Assembly (NCBI GenBank): GCA_034189385.1
Contig: JAXHVD010000001.1
Location: forward strand, 96,001-160,000
DNA: 64,000 nt
Direction of reading: 5' to 3'
DNA from: Thermodesulfobacteriota bacterium
Lineage (GTDB): Bacteria > Desulfobacterota > Desulfobacteria > Desulfobacterales > C00003060
The notes under the pieces are model-generated. The model was not told the origin of the DNA, ran no database searches, and was given only the letters and a program-made list of their open reading frames with translations. Shown here piece by piece: positions 59,729 to 64,000 of this stretch. Position 1 is the first letter of the stretch, and every line of letters starts with the position of its first letter. The position numbers were made by a program, and so were the translations under genes.

Positions 59729-60589
59729 CTAACCCCTGCTATCTCTCCCACCTTGGGTGCGGCAGCGTACCACATCGCCAACCATGATTTGGTGGAGGCG
59801 CCCCATGTTGTCTCGGACCAAGAGCCCCCCATGGGCGTCAATATCCTCGGCTACCCCCAGAAGTCTCGACCCTGGCATATATACCTCTACCAAACTGCCA
59901 AGGATACTTTCATAGTTGCGCCAGGTTTCCAGGATCCTTTCAAAGGATCCTTGGCAGAGAAGTTCGTACCACGCTTCCAACTGACGCAGAAATCTCTGGA
60001 GAAGCGTTACACGGGGTATGGATCGGCCGGCACGGAGTCGGAGTGATGTGGCAACATCTCTGATAGAGACGGGGAAATCTTCCCCCCTGGTGTTGACGTT
60101 TACGCCCACACCGACGATGACAGAAGCAATACGGTTTTCCTGAAAACTTACCTCTGTCAGGATGCCTGCCACTTTTCGATGGCCAATCATCATGTCATTG
60201 GGCCACTTAAGTGAAGGCCTTACCCCCAGTTCCTCAATGGCCACAGCTAGGGCTACGCCTGTCGCTAGCGTTGTTCTTGATCCCCAGTCTGGGGGGACTT
60301 GGGGCCTCAAGATCACGGAAACATAGAGCCCCTTGCCACGGGGGGACACCCAGGGTCGCCCTAACCGCCCTCGAGCTTGGCTCTGAGCATCAGCCAGCAC
60401 AATAGTGCCCTCCGGGACACCACGGAGAGCCAAACGTTTCGCTTCGCGGTTGGTCGATGGTAGGAGATCAAAACAATAGATCCCCTCTTTGCCAAGCCAT
60501 TGTGTATGGAGGCCTTGCCTGACAGCTCTTGGTGAAAGGCTGTCGTCCGTTGAGATACCCAAACCTGCATCAGTGAGCTGCGTTACCAT
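59729..60589 (-). CDS. birA: Biotin--[acetyl-CoA carboxylase] ligase (no N-terminal HTH)
   Basis: STN, RGRLGRPW.SP, KWPND, KVAGIL, GVGVN. Confidence 0.93.
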   Translation of the reverse strand: MVTQLTDAGLGISTDDSLSPRAVRQGLHTQWLGKEGIYCFDLLPSTNREAKRLALRGVPEGTIVLADAQSQARGRLGRPWVSPRGKGLYVSVILRPQVPPDWGSRTTLATGVALAVAIEELGVRPSLKWPNDMMIGHRKVAGILTEVSFQENRIASVIVGVGVNVNTRGEDFPVSIRDVATSLRLRAGRSIPRVTLLQRFLRQLEAWYELLCQGSFERILETWRNYESILGSLVEVYMPGSRLLGVAEDIDAHGGLLVRDNMGRLHQIMVGDVVRCRTQGGRDSRG

Positions 60590-60725
60590 CTGAGAAGGTC
60601 CCTTTCAGGCCCCAGGACCTTGCCTTTGTCCAGTTGGATCACTGTGATCAATATTTTTCCAGACTCGTTGGAAACTGGAGGAATTTTGGTGAAAGGCCGC
60701 CGCTTCGTGTACTTCCTGTTATTCC

Positions 60726-60754
60726 CTTGACATTGTCAAGAGCTCAATTATAGT
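60726..60754 (+). promoter_or_regulatory. Putative promoter of the dnaJ-like gene, with a palindrome over the -35 box
   Basis: TTGACA 60727-60732, N16, TATAGT; CTTGACA-t-TGTCAAG inverted repeat at 60726-60740. Confidence 0.55.
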
Positions 60755-60817
60755 TATTATATACGAAAGTTCAATGTTTGTTTCTCATTATTTCTCCGCG
60801 TAAAGAGGTTCACCTAA

Positions 60818-61747
60818 ATGTCTGAGACAGATTATTATAAGCTCTTAGGCGTAAACAAGAAGGCCAGCGAGAGTGAGATCAAGAAGGCCTATCGCAAGTT
60901 GGCCATGAAATACCACCCAGATCGGACCAAAGGCGACAAGTCGGCTGAGGAGATGTTCAAGAAGATTAGCGAGGCCTACGCGGTGCTTAGCGACAAAGAG
61001 AAACGGAAACAGTACGACACCTTTGGTGCCTCTGGTTTTCGTCAGAAATACACCCAGGAAGACATCTTTAGAGGGTTTAATTTTGGGGATATCTTCAAGG
61101 AGTTTGGATTTGGGGAGAGCAACTTCTCAAATATCTTCATGGGTGGTGGCCGTGGTCGTAGGTTCAGTTACGGTTTCAGCGGCGATCCATTCAATGCCTA
61201 TACTTCGGCGCAGAAGGCCCAGGTGAAGGGATCGGATTTGGTCTACGAATTACGTTTGACCTTACAGGAGGTCCTTAACGGTACCAGCAAGACGATCGCC
61301 ATAGAGGAAGGCGGAGAACACAAGAAGATCAGCGTCAATATTCCCAAGGGCATGCTAAGCGGAAAGAAACTCCGTTTAGCGGGTAAAGGTCAGCCCGGTG
61401 CCTTTGGGGGACCGCCGGGCGATCTGTATATCCAAGCCAAGGTGTTGCGTGACCCGATTTTTGGCCAAGTGGGCCAAGACCTTTATGTCGATCGGGAGAT
61501 AAGGTTGACCGATGCCTTGCTGGGGACACGAGTTGAGATTCCAACCCTTGAAGGGAAGAAACTTAATCTTAAGGTACCTGCAAAAACACAACACAACACA
61601 AAGATGCGCCTCAAGGGGTTCGGCCTTCCCAAGATGAAAAATGGCCAAAGGGGTGATCTTTACGCGCGCATTTTGGTCAAGTTTCCTAAACGCTTGAGCA
61701 AGAAACAGAAGGCCTTGATTCAGGACCTGGCAGAGACCGGGCTTTGA
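60818..61747 (+). CDS. DnaJ class II / CbpA-like co-chaperone
   Basis: J-domain with HPD, G/F region, C-terminal domain; no Zn finger. Confidence 0.93.
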   Translation: MSETDYYKLLGVNKKASESEIKKAYRKLAMKYHPDRTKGDKSAEEMFKKISEAYAVLSDKEKRKQYDTFGASGFRQKYTQEDIFRGFNFGDIFKEFGFGESNFSNIFMGGGRGRRFSYGFSGDPFNAYTSAQKAQVKGSDLVYELRLTLQEVLNGTSKTIAIEEGGEHKKISVNIPKGMLSGKKLRLAGKGQPGAFGGPPGDLYIQAKVLRDPIFGQVGQDLYVDREIRLTDALLGTRVEIPTLEGKKLNLKVPAKTQHNTKMRLKGFGLPKMKNGQRGDLYARILVKFPKRLSKKQKALIQDLAETGL

Positions 61748-61935
61748 GATTAGAACCCCTTTTTTTGACAAAGGTCTGGCCCGGCTCACTGCGTGAGCCA
61801 TGTTGGGACTTGGGCTTCACCTGTTCCCATGACATGAGCCCTCTGCTGTGGCGGGATTCAATTTCCTCGGCAAAACGGGTGGTCTTTTCCCTTTTTGATA
61901 AAGGTCTCAAGGCGGAACTGGTAAGAGGTCGACCT

Positions 61936-62457
61936 ATGCCTTTGCAAATGGTGCCCGTTCTCTCAAAAGCTGACATTGCGAAGAAGGTCAGCACCCTCGC
62001 ACAGCGAATCTCAAAAGACTATGCCGAAAAGGAGGTTGTTGTCGTCGGCATACTCAAAGGCAGCTTCATCTTCTTGGCTGATCTGGTTCGTAAGCTTACC
62101 ATCCCCGTGCAGATCGATTTTGTCCGCCTGGCAAGTTACGGTTCTGGCACGGCATCTTCCGGGAAGGTCCAACTTACCAAAGAGATTGAACTTGATTTGA
62201 GGAACCGGCACGTTTTGGTCGTGGAAGATATTGTGGATTCTGGCATGACTATTGCCTACTTGCTGGATTATCTCAGGCAGTTCCGCCCGGAGTCCGTCAA
62301 GGTCTGCGCTTTGATTGACAAGACCGAACGTCGCGAGGTGGAGATTGCGATCGATTACGTGGGACATGTGGTCGACCACGGATTCCTGGTGGGATATGGG
62401 CTTGATTTTGATGACAAATATCGTGCCCTGCCAGAGATCTTCCATTTGAGACAGTAA
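61936..62457 (+). CDS. hpt: Hypoxanthine phosphoribosyltransferase
   Basis: GILKGSFIF.ADL, VEDIVDSG.T, FLVGYGLD...YR.LP. Start at 61936 inferred from an AGAGGT SD. Confidence 0.95.
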   Translation: MPLQMVPVLSKADIAKKVSTLAQRISKDYAEKEVVVVGILKGSFIFLADLVRKLTIPVQIDFVRLASYGSGTASSGKVQLTKEIELDLRNRHVLVVEDIVDSGMTIAYLLDYLRQFRPESVKVCALIDKTERREVEIAIDYVGHVVDHGFLVGYGLDFDDKYRALPEIFHLRQ

Positions 62458-62473
62458 ACGAAAGGAGCCTACC

Positions 62474-63841
62474 ATGATCATAACCTGTGAGAACTGTGAG
62501 GCCAAGTTTGACCTGGATGAGAATCTCATCAAGGAATCAGGTTCGAAAGTGAGATGTTCCAAATGCCAGCACATATTCACTGCCTATAAGCCTTCCACAA
62601 CAGCGGAAATCCCGCCTAGTCGTGGCCTTGACGAGACAACTCCGGAGCCTTCCGAGAAAGAGGTCGAGGACTCGCTTGACCTTGATCTGTTTGAAGATGA
62701 AGAGGAGGCCGACGAAGAGGCATTCTCCCTGGACGATCTTACGCTTGACGAGGACTTTTCGCCTGAAGAATTGGACGAAACCGCGGGGCAAATGGATGCT
62801 GGCGAAGAGATCCCGGCCGAAGAGAAAATAACGCTAGGCGACCTTGGCTTTGAGGACGAACTTGGTATGGAAGAGACTTCTGAACCAACAGGGGAGGCTC
62901 GAGAAGAACAGGATGAAGAAGAGATTCCATTTCAAGGCGCGTTGCCATTGGGCGAAGAGGGTGATGAAGAAGAAGGAGTCGGAGACGAAGAGGAAATTGC
63001 TTTTGAAGACCTGATGGTCGAGCAAGAAGAACCTTCTGAAGGGCAAGCCGAGCGAGAAAAATGGGCCCCAGGTGCGGAAGGTGAAGAGGAGATTGCCTTT
63101 GAAGACCTGGGCATCGAGGAAGATGAAGCCGAAGAAGCGTTTCCAGAAGTGGAACTTCCTAATGAGGAAACAGCTGAAGTCCTGGGAAGCGCTGCCGTTG
63201 AATTACCTGAAGCAGTTTCCGAGGAAGATCTGGAAGGGGCCGAAGTGGAAGCTCAGGTACCGCCCATTTCCCCTGTGGAGGAGCCCCGGGCGGGAAAACG
63301 TATAAGTACCCCGGTACTTATTGCCCTGATAGTCGTTCTGGTGGGAGGGGCTGCTTATGCCGGATACACTGTTTTGAAGAGCCTCAATATCAAGGTCCCA
63401 TTTCTGGAATCTCTCATAGGTTCACAGGAGTCTCAGATCGTTGATCCTGGCAACTTGCACATAGGCCTGCTGGAAAATCTCATCACGGGCGAATTCGTTG
63501 ATAACAGCTCGATCGGCCGCCTTTTTGTGATCAAGGGTCAGGTTAGAAACGACTATCCTGGGACCCGCAACTTCATCAGGGTAAAGGGGATCCTCTACTC
63601 GAAGGAAGGGAAAGTGGTTAAGAATACCATGGTATATTGCGCCAACATCTTATCTGAAGTCCAGTTGCAGACCATGGACAGACTGTCTATCAAGAAGAGA
63701 CTGAACAACCGGTTCGGAGACAATAAGTCGAATTTAAAGGTGGCTTCAGGCAAAGCGCTTCCCTTCATGGTCGTATTCTTCGACATACCGCACGCGTTGG
63801 GTGAGTTCAGCGTGGAGGTAGTGGATTCAGCCAAGGGCTAG
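62474..63841 (+). CDS. Zinc-ribbon (MJ0042-type) / acidic linker / TM / DUF3426-like membrane protein
   Basis: MIITCENC...KVRCSKC, long acidic region, single TM, C-terminal LFVIKGQVRN...PFMVVF domain. Confidence 0.85.
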   Translation: MIITCENCEAKFDLDENLIKESGSKVRCSKCQHIFTAYKPSTTAEIPPSRGLDETTPEPSEKEVEDSLDLDLFEDEEEADEEAFSLDDLTLDEDFSPEELDETAGQMDAGEEIPAEEKITLGDLGFEDELGMEETSEPTGEAREEQDEEEIPFQGALPLGEEGDEEEGVGDEEEIAFEDLMVEQEEPSEGQAEREKWAPGAEGEEEIAFEDLGIEEDEAEEAFPEVELPNEETAEVLGSAAVELPEAVSEEDLEGAEVEAQVPPISPVEEPRAGKRISTPVLIALIVVLVGGAAYAGYTVLKSLNIKVPFLESLIGSQESQIVDPGNLHIGLLENLITGEFVDNSSIGRLFVIKGQVRNDYPGTRNFIRVKGILYSKEGKVVKNTMVYCANILSEVQLQTMDRLSIKKRLNNRFGDNKSNLKVASGKALPFMVVFFDIPHALGEFSVEVVDSAKG

Positions 63842-64000
63842 ATGGCTGAGGCGCCTGAGCCTCATTGGAGGCCCGATGTTGCTCATTCCCGAAAACGATA
63901 CCAGATAAGGGCCTCGGGGCGCGTGCCTCTTTTTGTGGGTCCCCTGATTGCCCCCTGGGCAGTGCTGCTCGCCAGATCCTTTTCTGCAAGCCTTGGTTGA

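Overview
Core-genome region of a sulfate-reducing deltaproteobacterium (Desulfobacterota; the lineage is inferred from gene content). It carries the sulfate activation/APS reduction locus (aprBA-qmoABC, convergent with sat) and housekeeping genes (gatB, queA, tgt, fabH, pgi, glgP, prfB with its programmed +1 frameshift, lnt, rimO, etfAB, birA, dnaJ-like, hpt). A fatty-acid/carboxylate uptake-and-activation set is also present: the 5' part of a FadL porin gene missing from the ORF track, three acyl-CoA ligases, and an ABC transporter with an embedded acyl-CoA synthetase. The least explained part is a ~12 kb block just upstream of aprB (33.0-44.7 kb). It holds three paralogous 8-Cys YkgJ/CxxCxxCC proteins, a radical SAM enzyme, a multi-Zn-ribbon protein, a degenerate HsdR-N-like protein, a deaminase, a dGTPase, an NMT1-type ABC transporter and an atypical SDR. 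Non-coding signals: small intergenic elements bounded by inverted arrays of 8-10 bp tandem units, a matching TTGACA-N17-TAGACA promoter before both aprB and sat, long structured leaders, and a candidate 6S-like RNA. No rRNA, tRNA, CRISPR array or transposase gene was seen. All calls come from reading the sequence and recognising motifs; no searches were run.
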